Assembly (NCBI GenBank): GCA_051648645.1
Contig: JBOFFP010000001.1
Coordinates: forward strand, 1 to 64,000
Reading direction: 5' to 3'
Source: Candidatus Rhabdochlamydia sp.
Lineage (GTDB): Bacteria; Chlamydiota; Chlamydiia; Chlamydiales; Rhabdochlamydiaceae
Length of the DNA stretch: 64,000 nt
Shown here: one piece after another, positions 28,223 to 37,695 of the stretch
Layout: every line of letters starts with the position of its first letter
Position numbering within the stretch: position 1 is the first letter of the stretch
Translations under genes and position numbers: made by a program
The notes under the pieces: generated by a model
What the model was told of the DNA's origin: nothing
Databases searched by the model: none
The model's input: only the letters and a program-made list of their open reading frames with translations

Positions 28223-28888
28223 ATGCTTAATCTAAATAAGACCTGGGTGCATTTAAGCGTATTTGATTTAGATTACACTTTAACAACTTGTAATTGTAGC
28301 TTAGCTTTTTGCCGCTACTTAATTAGACAAAATATGCTAGGCTATGGTCATTTATTTTATGCTTTTTGTTCTTATTTTCGTTATTATATACTGGAAAAAA
28401 ACTTGCTTGAATTACATCGAGCAGTTTTTTTTCAGACTTTATCTGGACGTCAATTGTCCCTATTAGAGCAAGCAGCCGATCTGTTTGTTGAAGAATGTTT
28501 TAATCAAGTGCTCTATTTACCATCAATTGCTCATCTAAAACTTGCTCAACATTTAGGACATTATACTCTTCTCTTATCAAACTCGCCTAACTTTTTAGTT
28601 AAAAAATTTGCTTTAAAATTAGGGTTTCATGGTTGGAAGGCCACCGATTATGCCATTGATGCTGAAGGAAAATTGTCGGCAGTTGGATTTGTTTTAGCGG
28701 GTAAGCAAAAAGCTTTTTATATGTTGGATGTAGCAGAAAAGCTATCTGTTGATAATAAAAATATCACAGCGTACTCAGATAGCCATTTAGATTTACCTTT
28801 TTTAGAAGCAGCAGGAACTGCGATTGGAGTTAATCCTGATCGAGTACTTCGGAGGATTGCTGGTAAAAATGGATGGGCTATTCTTTGA
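28223..28888 (+). CDS. HAD-IB family hydrolase
   Basis: FDLDYTLT, LLSNS, K, AYSDSHLDLPFL, VNPD. Confidence 0.9.
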   Translation: MLNLNKTWVHLSVFDLDYTLTTCNCSLAFCRYLIRQNMLGYGHLFYAFCSYFRYYILEKNLLELHRAVFFQTLSGRQLSLLEQAADLFVEECFNQVLYLPSIAHLKLAQHLGHYTLLLSNSPNFLVKKFALKLGFHGWKATDYAIDAEGKLSAVGFVLAGKQKAFYMLDVAEKLSVDNKNITAYSDSHLDLPFLEAAGTAIGVNPDRVLRRIAGKNGWAIL

Positions 28889-29505
28889 AAAAAATTGGAT
28901 TATTTGGTGGCAGTTTTGATCCTTTTCATTTTGGTCATTTAAATTTCCTAATAAGTGCATCAGAGCAGGCTCATCTAGATAAAATTTTAATTTGTCCTGC
29001 GAAAAGTACTGCTTTTAAAACTCCTCATGCTTCCATAGAGCATCGCATCCATATGTTGCAATTAATCATAGAGGAGATCCCTTTATTAAATTTGTTAGAT
29101 TGGGAAATTCAGAAGCAAAAACCTTACACAATAGATACAGCAAAAAGGCTAAAAGAGCAAAAGGGAATAGAGCTTTTTCTCTTGCTAGGGGAAGATCTTT
29201 TGCCTAACTTGCATCTTTGGTATCAGATAGAAGAACTATTAACCCTTGCTTCTCCTTTGGTAGGTTCGCGATTTATTATTCCCCATGAAATTGATCTTAA
29301 GTTGTCTAGTTCGGCAGAGACTAAGGTCAAAGCAGGATTTATAAAAATTCCTTTGATGGAGATTAGTGGCAAAACGATACGACAGCGATTACAACAAAGA
29401 AAATTTTGTAAACACCTTGTCCCATCAAAGATACTGGACTATATTCAAGTAAATCACTTATACTCTCAAGGCCATGAATACTCAAGAAATTCCCCCATAT
29501 CTTAA
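28873..29505 (+). CDS. nadD: Nicotinate-nucleotide adenylyltransferase
   Basis: GLFGGSFDPFHFGH, YTIDT, LLGED, EISGKTIR; upstream of rsfS. Start may be TTG 28885. Confidence 0.9.
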   Translation: MGYSLKKIGLFGGSFDPFHFGHLNFLISASEQAHLDKILICPAKSTAFKTPHASIEHRIHMLQLIIEEIPLLNLLDWEIQKQKPYTIDTAKRLKEQKGIELFLLLGEDLLPNLHLWYQIEELLTLASPLVGSRFIIPHEIDLKLSSSAETKVKAGFIKIPLMEISGKTIRQRLQQRKFCKHLVPSKILDYIQVNHLYSQGHEYSRNSPIS

Positions 29506-29851
29506 TAAAATTGCTCAGATTATTTTTGATAAAAAAGGGAGCAATATTTTAGCTCTTGATGTAAGGGGCATTAGTTCTCTTGCTGACTTTGTCATCATTG
29601 CAGAAGGCAATGTAGATAAGCATGTAAGTGCTATTGCAAGTACTATTGTTGAAGAGCTAAAAAAAGCAGGTCTTAAGCCCTCTTATGTAGAAGGTTTGCA
29701 AAATGGAGATTGGGCTGTTATCGATTATCTAGATACAATGGTTCACATTTTTGAACCTGGTTTAAGAGATAAGTATCGCTTAGAAGACCTATGGAAAAAG
29801 GGTTCCATTATAGATTTAAAGATTGATATTGAACCGGCTAATCAATCTTAA
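29474..29851 (+). CDS. rsfS: Ribosome silencing factor
   Basis: DKKGSNILALDV, WAVIDY, VHIF, YRLEDLW. Confidence 0.93.
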   Translation: MNTQEIPPYLNKIAQIIFDKKGSNILALDVRGISSLADFVIIAEGNVDKHVSAIASTIVEELKKAGLKPSYVEGLQNGDWAVIDYLDTMVHIFEPGLRDKYRLEDLWKKGSIIDLKIDIEPANQS

Positions 29852-29969
29852 GTTATCAAAATATATTTTAAGTATCTTTTTTTCAGAGATAAGTACGCTC
29901 TTGTTTCTCAAGTTGCAAAAATTAACCCATTTTGTATATCCTGACTGCTTATTTTATAGGGAGCGTTTT

Positions 29970-31223
29970 ATGACAAAAAAACGAGTTGTTGTTACTGGAA
30001 CGGGTCTTGTGTCTTGCTTTGGCAAGGACGTAGAGACATTTTATCAACAGCTTCTAGAGGGAAAAAGTGGAGTTGTTCCCATTGAAGAATTTCCTTGTCA
30101 AGATTATCCTACTAGGTTTGCTGCCACTATTCGCAATTTTGAAGTAGGTAACTATTTAGACAAAAAACAGGCAAGACGGGTTGATCCTTTTATTCGTTAT
30201 GCAATCGTAGCCGGGAAAAAAGCTTTGGAACAGGCTCTTTTTACCCCTGAGTTATTATCCGATTTGAATAAACAGCGTTGTGGAGTTATTGTCGGCTCTG
30301 GCATGGGCGGAATGCATATGTTTTACAATGGCACTCAAACCCTTATAAAAGAAGGCTTTAAGCGTCTAACTCCTTTTTTTGTGCCGTTCATTATCACTAA
30401 TATGGCAGGTGCTTTATTGGGAATTGAACTAGGTTTTATGGGCCCCAATTATTCTATTTCTACGGCTTGTGCTACAGCTAACTATTCCATCCATGCTGCA
30501 GCAGAACACATTTCACGAGGAGAAGCAGATCTGATGCTATGTGGAGGAACAGAGGCTCCCATTAATCAAATCGGAGTAGGTGGATTCATTGCTTGTCATG
30601 CTTTATCTGAATATAATGAAAATCCTCAAAAAGCTTCTAGACCTTGGGATAAAAAAAGAGATGGATTTGTAGTGGGCGAAGGAGCCGGCGTTCTAGTTTT
30701 AGAAAGTTTGGATCATGCCTTAGCGCGAAATGCACCTATTTTGTGTGAGTATCTAGGCGGTGCCATTAACTGTGATGCTTTTCATATGACCTCTCCTCGT
30801 GAAGATGGTTGGGGAGTGCAGCTGTGTATGGAACAAGCAATTAAAAATTCTGGCATAGCAAAAGAAGATATTAACTATATCAATGCTCATGCAACTTCCA
30901 CCTTAGTAGGAGATTTATGCGAGGTAAGGGGCATTAAACGAACATTTGGTTCTCATACTCCAAATATAAAAATAAATGCTACCAAATCGATGATTGGGCA
31001 TTGTCTTGGTGCAGCAGGAGGGATAGAAGCAGTGGCTGTAATTGAACAAATGCGTCAGGGAATGTTGCATCCTACAATCAATTTGGAAGATCCAGAAGAA
31101 GAAGTGCAAGATTTGGATATTGTCACAAAAGCTACGCCGCATAAAGTAACTGCAGCGCTTAGTAATTCTTTTGGTTTTGGAGGGCATAATTCTAGTTTAA
31201 TCTTTGCTCCTTTTGTTCGATGA
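29970..31223 (+). CDS. fabF: Beta-ketoacyl-ACP synthase II
   Basis: RVVVTG, STACAT, NAHATST, KSMIGHCLGAAG, SNSFGFGGHN; ATG 29970 after GGAG. Confidence 0.97.
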   Translation: MTKKRVVVTGTGLVSCFGKDVETFYQQLLEGKSGVVPIEEFPCQDYPTRFAATIRNFEVGNYLDKKQARRVDPFIRYAIVAGKKALEQALFTPELLSDLNKQRCGVIVGSGMGGMHMFYNGTQTLIKEGFKRLTPFFVPFIITNMAGALLGIELGFMGPNYSISTACATANYSIHAAAEHISRGEADLMLCGGTEAPINQIGVGGFIACHALSEYNENPQKASRPWDKKRDGFVVGEGAGVLVLESLDHALARNAPILCEYLGGAINCDAFHMTSPREDGWGVQLCMEQAIKNSGIAKEDINYINAHATSTLVGDLCEVRGIKRTFGSHTPNIKINATKSMIGHCLGAAGGIEAVAVIEQMRQGMLHPTINLEDPEEEVQDLDIVTKATPHKVTAALSNSFGFGGHNSSLIFAPFVR

Positions 31224-31633
31224 TAACCTCTTTTGGAATTATTCCGTTTCGCATAGCAAAAGGGAAATGGCAGGTATTGCTAATTCAACATTTAAATGGG
31301 CAGCATTGGGGCTTTCCAAAAGGAAGAGCTGAACAAACAGAGTCTGCGCAAGACGCCGCCATTCGTGAGTTAGAAGAGGAAACAGGCTTAAGAGTACAAC
31401 ACTTTCTTTCTGTAGAACCTTTGACAGAACATTATTATCTATCGGATCAAGAAAAAAATAAGACTGTTAGTTATTTTCCAGCCCTTGTAACAGGGGTATT
31501 GAGATGTCAGGCAGATGAAGTGTTACAAGCAAAATGGTGTTATTTGGATGAGGCAATGAAACAGCTCTCTTTTCCAGGACTGCAAAATATTTTTACGCAA
31601 GCAAGAAAGAGATTAGATGGATTTACTACGTAA
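31220..31633 (+). CDS. NUDIX hydrolase (Ap4A hydrolase-like)
   Basis: HWGFPKG...AAIRELEEETGL Nudix box. Confidence 0.92.
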   Translation: MITSFGIIPFRIAKGKWQVLLIQHLNGQHWGFPKGRAEQTESAQDAAIRELEEETGLRVQHFLSVEPLTEHYYLSDQEKNKTVSYFPALVTGVLRCQADEVLQAKWCYLDEAMKQLSFPGLQNIFTQARKRLDGFTT

Positions 31634-31748
31634 TTTGCATAAAAAGCTGCTTGCTTATCAAAATTTTATTTTATTCATGTCTGGAAGGGTAGTCTATGCT
31701 AAAGACCATTGGGACCTTAGGTATTAAAAGTCAAACTAGGAGACTTCT

Positions 31749-32282
31749 ATGAACACAATTAGCTTGCAGCTTAAAACAAAAATTTATATGCAAGAAGCGC
31801 TCATTGTATTGGGAATGAGTTTTTTAATCGCACTAGCAGCGCCTATTTCCATTCCACTTCCCTTTACTCCAGTCCCAATTGCAGTACAAGGGACGCTCAT
31901 TTTATCTCTTTCCGTGCTATTAGGCGCTAAACGAACAGTGCTTGCTGTGATAGCATTCCTTTTACAAGGGGCCTTAGGACTTCCTGTGTTTGCAACTTGT
32001 ATGGGAGGCTTTGCTCGTTTATTAGGTTGTAATGCAGGTTATTTATTTGGATATATAGTAGCTGCATGGGTAGTGGGCTTTTTAAGCCGCACTAGCTCTA
32101 AAAATAAACTTTTTTGGATTATGTCAATAGGAGATGGAATCATCTACCTGTTTGGAGCTATTTGGCTTAGCGTTTTCATTGGATGTGCACAAGCTATCAT
32201 TTTAGGAGTGCTTCCTTTCATATGTGGAGATATCATTAAACGTTTACTAGCTATCAAATGTATTCATTTTTTGCGTAAATAA
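31749..32282 (+). CDS. bioY: Biotin transporter
   Basis: PFTPVPIAVQ, GALGLPVFA, GYLFGY, GVLPFICGDIIK. Confidence 0.92.
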   Translation: MNTISLQLKTKIYMQEALIVLGMSFLIALAAPISIPLPFTPVPIAVQGTLILSLSVLLGAKRTVLAVIAFLLQGALGLPVFATCMGGFARLLGCNAGYLFGYIVAAWVVGFLSRTSSKNKLFWIMSIGDGIIYLFGAIWLSVFIGCAQAIILGVLPFICGDIIKRLLAIKCIHFLRK

Positions 32283-32500
32283 GATACTTTTTTTAAACGA
32301 GATTGCACTAATTTGGTAATTTTTTCAGAGTTTCTCTCAGATTTGAGAGTCTTTGAAAAATGCAATTTTCCAGCTGTAAATGCATGAGGGATACTTGCTG
32401 TAGCTTTTGTTACTTGTTTGCTCAGCTTAATAAGGCCATCATTTGGTTTTGTTATATGGGCTTTTGGTTTAAAAGAAGGGGATTCGCGTCCTATTTTCAT
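32264..32500 (-). CDS. Small basic hypothetical protein
   Basis: 78 aa; ATG with AGGAG RBS at good spacing; overlaps the bioY 3' end by 19 nt. Confidence 0.6.
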   Translation of the reverse strand: MKIGRESPSFKPKAHITKPNDGLIKLSKQVTKATASIPHAFTAGKLHFSKTLKSERNSEKITKLVQSRLKKVSYLRKK

Positions 32501-32568
32501 ATAAACTCCTAGATAAATATGTAATTCTTTACTTAACTTAATTTAGGAGTTTTTTAAAATGATTTTTT

Positions 32569-32799
32569 TTAATTAGGTATAAAATTATTAAAAAATTTCT
32601 TAAAATCTCTGCAGGTAACGGCTAAAGAACACTTTTTTCTAAGAGAAGTGGACTGAAGTTTTTTAATAGCTTTATTAGAAATATTGTTTATGTCTTTAAG
32701 TAAAGAAAGAGCATGGACTTTATGAGTAGAATGTGCTTTTCTTTCTTGAAGAGCAGAACAATGTGCTTGTCGTTGCAAAAGTGAGTTTTTAATTTTCAT
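32569..32799 (-). CDS. Small basic hypothetical protein
   Basis: 76 aa; fills the intergenic space in tandem with the 78-aa ORF. Confidence 0.5.
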   Translation of the reverse strand: MKIKNSLLQRQAHCSALQERKAHSTHKVHALSLLKDINNISNKAIKKLQSTSLRKKCSLAVTCRDFKKFFNNFIPN

Positions 32800-32990
32800 T
32801 TGGATATCTTTAAGTGTATATAAATTTTAAATTAAGTTAATATTAAAAAATACCATAATTGTATTTTCTTTTTTTATTGTGCATTTTGTCAATAAAGTTG
32901 ATTGTTTTGCACTTCTTTTATTAATATTACTGTTTTTAAAACAAATCAAGTGTATTTTTTTTATTTTAAGTTCTTGTTAAGGAGATTTCT

Positions 32991-35705
32991 ATGAAGCAAA
33001 GCAGGCTAACTACTTGGTTACTAAGTGGTTTTTGTTGGAGTATTCGCAAATTGCTTTCTTTGCGTTACCGGATTGAAATCTGCGGTTGGGAAAACATTAA
33101 AAATCACTCTTTTAAAAAACCAGGTGGGATTTTGTTTTTACCTAATCATCCTGCTGAAATAGATCCTGTGATTGTAGAGAGTCTCTTATGGCCTCTGTTT
33201 CGTCCTAGACCTTTAGTTGTGGAGCATTTTTATTATCTTAAAGGATTTCGTTGGTTTATGGATCTAGTGAAAGCTATTCCATTACCGACAATGGATGCAT
33301 TAGCTAGTAAATGGCGTGGAAAAAAAGTAGATCAATGCATGCACGAAATTATTAAAGGTCTTAAGGAGAAAAATCATTTCATGATTTATCCTTCTGGTCG
33401 TCTAAAACTCTCAGGTTTTGAAATAATCGGTGGAGCTTCTTTTATACATCGCTTACTACAAATGTGTCCTGATGCTAATGTGGTGTTAGTGCGAACAACT
33501 GGACTTTGGGGCAGTCAATTTTCTCGGGCAATAACCGGGCTATCTCCTAATTTTGGTCAGACTTTAAGAAAGGGGTTTAAGCTTTTATGTAAAAGTGGTT
33601 TTTTCTTTATGCCTAAGCGCCGGGTAAAAATAGAATTTTCTCTGCCCCCTTCAGATTTTCCTTGGGAGGCAACACGTGTTACTTTTAATAAGTATTTAGA
33701 AGAATGGTACAATCGCTATCCTGAGGCAGGTGCAGAACCCTTATCCCTTATCTCCTATTCTCAATGGGGAAAAAAAATTCCAGAGATTACTCATCAGCAA
33801 AGCTCTATAGGATTAATCTCAAGTCAGGTAGTAAGCTCCGATGTGCAAAAAACGGTTTATGCTCACCTAGGCAGGTTGTCTGGACGCTCTGAAGAGCGGA
33901 TTACAAGAGAAATGGATCTATCTCGTGATTTAGGCCTTGATTCGCTAGACATAGCAGGTTTGTGTGTGTTTTTAGAGGAAAAATATGCAGTTGTCGGTGT
34001 TAATCCAGAAAAATTACAGAAAGTAGAGGATCTTTTGCAAAGTGCTTCTGGCCTTGAAGAGCAAAAGAATAGAAGTGCTATATTGCCACCCTTACCAGCC
34101 GCTTGGCTTGAAAAGAAGAAACGCTTGAAGCTAAAGATTCCTGATGGGGAAACGATGGCGCAGGTTTTATTGCGTAGTTTGGATCGCATGCCTTCATCTG
34201 TTGCTTGCGCAGATCATATAGCGGGGGTATTTTCTTACCGAAGTTTTAAACGTTCAGCTTTAGCTCTTAGTACCTATTTCCAAACCCTTCCAGGAAAATA
34301 TATAGGGGTACTTTTACCTTCTTCTTCTGCTACATATCTTGTTATCTCTGCAATTTGGCTAGCAAACAAAGTTCCTGTCATGCTGAATTGGACAGCCGGT
34401 ATTCGTTCTCTAGATCATGCAGTGGATCTTTTTGAGCTGCAATTTGTGATTACTTCTCATCGGTTTTTAGATCGTCTGAATGAAGTAGATTTTGGTAAAT
34501 TAGAAGAAAATCGATTGCTCTTTTTAGAAGATATCAAAAAAAACATAGGAATGGTAACTAAATTAAAGGCAGCACTAGGTTCTGTTTTATCTAGTGAATT
34601 TTTATTAGGTCATCTTGGTTTAGATAAAATAAAAAAAGAAGAAGCTGCCGTCATTTTATTTACAAGTGGAACAGAAGCTTTGCCAAAGGCTGTTGGTTTA
34701 TCGCATGAGAATTTATTAACCAATCAAAGAGATTGTATTGCTCTTGATATTTTGAAGGCTGAGGGTTCCCTTTATTCGGTATTACCTCCTTTTCACTCCA
34801 TGGGATTTTCTCTTACAGGAATCTTGCCGCTTTTAGCTGGTGTTAAAACCTGTTATGCTCCTGATCCAACCGATAGTTACGGAATGGCTCAAGATATAGC
34901 CTATTGGAAACCAATGATGTTTTGTTGTGCCCCCAGCTTTATTCAAGGACTTTTTCGAGTCGCAAAACCAGGGGAACTCGATTCTTTGCGTCTTATTTTA
35001 TCAGGAGCAGAAAAAACTCCAGAAGAATTATTTACTTATGTAAATAAATTTTTACCAAAATCCCAACTTATTGAAGGGTATGGAATCACAGAATGTAGCC
35101 CTTTAGTTACAGCTAATCTCCCAGACAAAGCTAGAAATGGGGTCGGTTATCCTTTAAACCACACACAAATCTGCATTTTAGATGTACAAACAAAAAAGCC
35201 CAAGCCATTAGGTCAAGAAGGCGAAATCTATATTTCAGGTCTAAATGTTTTTAATGGATACCTTGATTCTAAGGTTAATCCTTTTATTGTTTTTCAAGAA
35301 AAAAAATGGTATCGTTCGGGGGACTTAGGCTATATTACTCCTGATGGAGCACTGATTTTATCTGGTAGATTAAAAAGGGTTATCAAGATTGGCGGTGAAA
35401 TGATTGGTTTAAGTGGTATAGAAGAAAAACTTATGGAAGTAGCCTATCGCAAACAATGGTTAATAGCAGATCAAGAAGGATCTGGTTTAGCTATTAGTAT
35501 GCGTGAGATAGAAGCAGAAAAACCCCAATTAATATTATTTGCTACCTTCCCCGTTTCCAAAGAAGAAATTAATGATATTTTAAAAGAAGAAGGATTTGGA
35601 AAAATTGTAAAGGTCTCTGAAGTGCGTACGATTTCGCAAATACCTTTAACGGGCACTGGAAAAAAGAATTATCGCTTATTAGACGAATTGAGTAAGACAC
35701 AATGA
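32991..35705 (+). CDS. aas: Aas-like fusion: lysophospholipid acyltransferase + ACP domain + acyl-ACP synthetase
   Basis: NHPAEID and YPSG acyltransferase motifs; DLGLDSLD phosphopantetheine motif; FTSGTEALPK, EGYGITE, WYRSGDLG, GRLKR. Confidence 0.88.
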   Translation: MKQSRLTTWLLSGFCWSIRKLLSLRYRIEICGWENIKNHSFKKPGGILFLPNHPAEIDPVIVESLLWPLFRPRPLVVEHFYYLKGFRWFMDLVKAIPLPTMDALASKWRGKKVDQCMHEIIKGLKEKNHFMIYPSGRLKLSGFEIIGGASFIHRLLQMCPDANVVLVRTTGLWGSQFSRAITGLSPNFGQTLRKGFKLLCKSGFFFMPKRRVKIEFSLPPSDFPWEATRVTFNKYLEEWYNRYPEAGAEPLSLISYSQWGKKIPEITHQQSSIGLISSQVVSSDVQKTVYAHLGRLSGRSEERITREMDLSRDLGLDSLDIAGLCVFLEEKYAVVGVNPEKLQKVEDLLQSASGLEEQKNRSAILPPLPAAWLEKKKRLKLKIPDGETMAQVLLRSLDRMPSSVACADHIAGVFSYRSFKRSALALSTYFQTLPGKYIGVLLPSSSATYLVISAIWLANKVPVMLNWTAGIRSLDHAVDLFELQFVITSHRFLDRLNEVDFGKLEENRLLFLEDIKKNIGMVTKLKAALGSVLSSEFLLGHLGLDKIKKEEAAVILFTSGTEALPKAVGLSHENLLTNQRDCIALDILKAEGSLYSVLPPFHSMGFSLTGILPLLAGVKTCYAPDPTDSYGMAQDIAYWKPMMFCCAPSFIQGLFRVAKPGELDSLRLILSGAEKTPEELFTYVNKFLPKSQLIEGYGITECSPLVTANLPDKARNGVGYPLNHTQICILDVQTKKPKPLGQEGEIYISGLNVFNGYLDSKVNPFIVFQEKKWYRSGDLGYITPDGALILSGRLKRVIKIGGEMIGLSGIEEKLMEVAYRKQWLIADQEGSGLAISMREIEAEKPQLILFATFPVSKEEINDILKEEGFGKIVKVSEVRTISQIPLTGTGKKNYRLLDELSKTQ

Positions 35706-37120
35706 TGCATTTAAAGATCTATAATACAGAAAGTAGAAAAAAAGAAGAGGTGCTGCCTTTAGACGGTAAAACAATCCATATGTACACATGTGGTCCTACT
35801 ATTTATAATTACGCACATATTGGCAATTTTCGTACTTATGTTGCAGAGGATCTGCTACGTAGGAGTTTAAAGCTTTTAGGATATCAAATCATACAAGCCA
35901 TGAATATCACTGATATTGATGATAAAACCATTAAAGCAGCATTAGCACAAAAAGTATCTTTGCGTGAATACACAAGGCCTTATGAAGAAGCTTTTTTTGA
36001 AGATCTTCATACTCTCAATATAGAATCTGTCGAATATTACCCTCGAGCTACAGAGTACATAGAAGAGATGATTTTGATTATTCAGAAATTGCTCGAATTA
36101 AAAATAGCCTATCAAGGCGTAGATAAAAGCATTTATTTTTCGATTGCTAAGTTTCCATCTTATGGGCGTCTTTCTCATCTTTGCCTTGATCAGCTAGAAT
36201 CTGGTGCTTCCAATCGGATGTCAGAAGATGAATATGACAAAGAAAACATAGCAGATTTTGCTTTATGGAAAGCCTATGACCCAGAAAAAGAGCAGGGGAT
36301 TTATTGGGATAGCCCATTTGGCCCCGGACGTCCGGGATGGCATATTGAATGCTCTGCTATGGCTATGAAATTACTAGGTTCTAGTATTGACATTCATGTG
36401 GGGGGAGTAGATAACATGTTTCCTCATCACGAGAACGAAATTGCGCAATCAGAAGCTTTTTCTTGTTCTCGATTTGTCAAATACTGGGTGCACATAGAAC
36501 ATCTTTTAGTCGATCATAAAAAGATGTCAAAAAGCTTGGGCAATTTCTACACTCTACGCGATCTGATTGCAAAAGGATATGAAGGGCGTCATATTCGTTA
36601 TCTTTTACTACAAACCCATTATCGTACCCAGCTGAACTTTACTTTTAGAGCTTTAGAAGCAGCACGCGCTTCTTTAGAGAGAATAGATGATTTTATTGCC
36701 AGATTGAAGACATTGACAATCGATCTAGAAATAGAATCTACTACAGAGATTCTAAAACAAGCTCAAGAGCTGTTTTGTATGCACCTTGCAGATGATTTGA
36801 ATATTTCTGCAGCACTAGCTGTAGTTTTTGAATTGATTCGTCAAGTGCACACTCTTTGTGATCAACAGAAAGTCTCTCTTGAAGAAGCAAAAAAAATATT
36901 CGTTTTTTTTCAAGAGATCGATGCTGTATTAGGATGTGTATTTGTAGAAGAGGAATACATTCCAGAAGACTTGCAAGAAGCTCTACGTTTAAGACAACAC
37001 GCACGTAGGGAAAAAAATTGGAAATTAGCCGATAGCTATCGTGATAAAATCCAGACACGAGGATATTGTATAGAAGATAGTCCTCAAGGACCACGTTTAA
37101 AAAAAATGAGAACCATATGA
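35702..37120 (+). CDS. cysS: Cysteine--tRNA ligase
   Basis: CGPT, HIGN, GRPGWHIECS, FPHHENE, KMSKS. Confidence 0.98.
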   Translation: MMHLKIYNTESRKKEEVLPLDGKTIHMYTCGPTIYNYAHIGNFRTYVAEDLLRRSLKLLGYQIIQAMNITDIDDKTIKAALAQKVSLREYTRPYEEAFFEDLHTLNIESVEYYPRATEYIEEMILIIQKLLELKIAYQGVDKSIYFSIAKFPSYGRLSHLCLDQLESGASNRMSEDEYDKENIADFALWKAYDPEKEQGIYWDSPFGPGRPGWHIECSAMAMKLLGSSIDIHVGGVDNMFPHHENEIAQSEAFSCSRFVKYWVHIEHLLVDHKKMSKSLGNFYTLRDLIAKGYEGRHIRYLLLQTHYRTQLNFTFRALEAARASLERIDDFIARLKTLTIDLEIESTTEILKQAQELFCMHLADDLNISAALAVVFELIRQVHTLCDQQKVSLEEAKKIFVFFQEIDAVLGCVFVEEEYIPEDLQEALRLRQHARREKNWKLADSYRDKIQTRGYCIEDSPQGPRLKKMRTI

Positions 37121-37386
37121 CGCAGAAAGCCATGACAAAAGACGAGATCTTTATGCTAAAACTCTATGAATTAGCTATGCAATTAGGAACACCCTATGAA
37201 CAGATTGATTGCTTAGAGATAGCTCGAGCCATTGGTCAGAATACTAAAGGCGCTCAAGTTATCGCACGAGATCTAGCACAAGCTAATTTTATTAAAAAAG
37301 GCAAAAAAGAGAATAGAGTTTATCTAACCGATCATGGCTTAAAACTGGTAAATCAACTGAGAGAACAACAGAAAAGTTCCTGTTAG
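37117..37386 (+). CDS. Small hypothetical protein, winged-helix-like
   Basis: 89 aa coupled to cysS; EIARAIG...ARDLAQANFIKK...VYLTDHG resembles a wHTH. Confidence 0.65.
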   Translation: MTQKAMTKDEIFMLKLYELAMQLGTPYEQIDCLEIARAIGQNTKGAQVIARDLAQANFIKKGKKENRVYLTDHGLKLVNQLREQQKSSC

Positions 37387-37393
37387 TTTTAGT

Positions 37394-37412
37394 GAAGGAC
37401 TATTTGTCCTTC
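37394..37412 (+). terminator. Hairpin after the aas-cysS operon
   Basis: GAAGGAC-TATTT-GTCCTTC. Confidence 0.55.
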
Positions 37413-37695
37413 TAGGGAATTTCATATTTGCTAACTTTTTTAAAAGGAGCAAAAAAACACAAAATCGCTATAACTCTTTAAATATATTTTATTTTAAATT
37501 GAGCAGTAATTTTTCTATTTATTACTAAATCTTACAAATTTTCAGTTTTTTATTAATTCCTTCTATTTCAAGGATATAAATCTATTTTTTTGATGTATAA
37601 ATAATTACAAAGTAATGTATTTTATTACATTATTTAAATAACTCATGTACAATGATTGTCATCATTCTTGAGTATTTTTTATAAGGAAGAACAAA

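Noticed and set aside
29823..29969. Long N-terminal extension of FabF (likewise FtsY, SucC, YkgJ and the KH protein)
   Set aside because: Family homology begins at downstream ATGs; the extensions overlap neighbours or intergenic DNA.
36741..37133. 130-aa antisense ORF in cysS and the other short ORFs nested in core genes
   Set aside because: Contained in or opposite well-supported genes, with no motifs; expected by chance.
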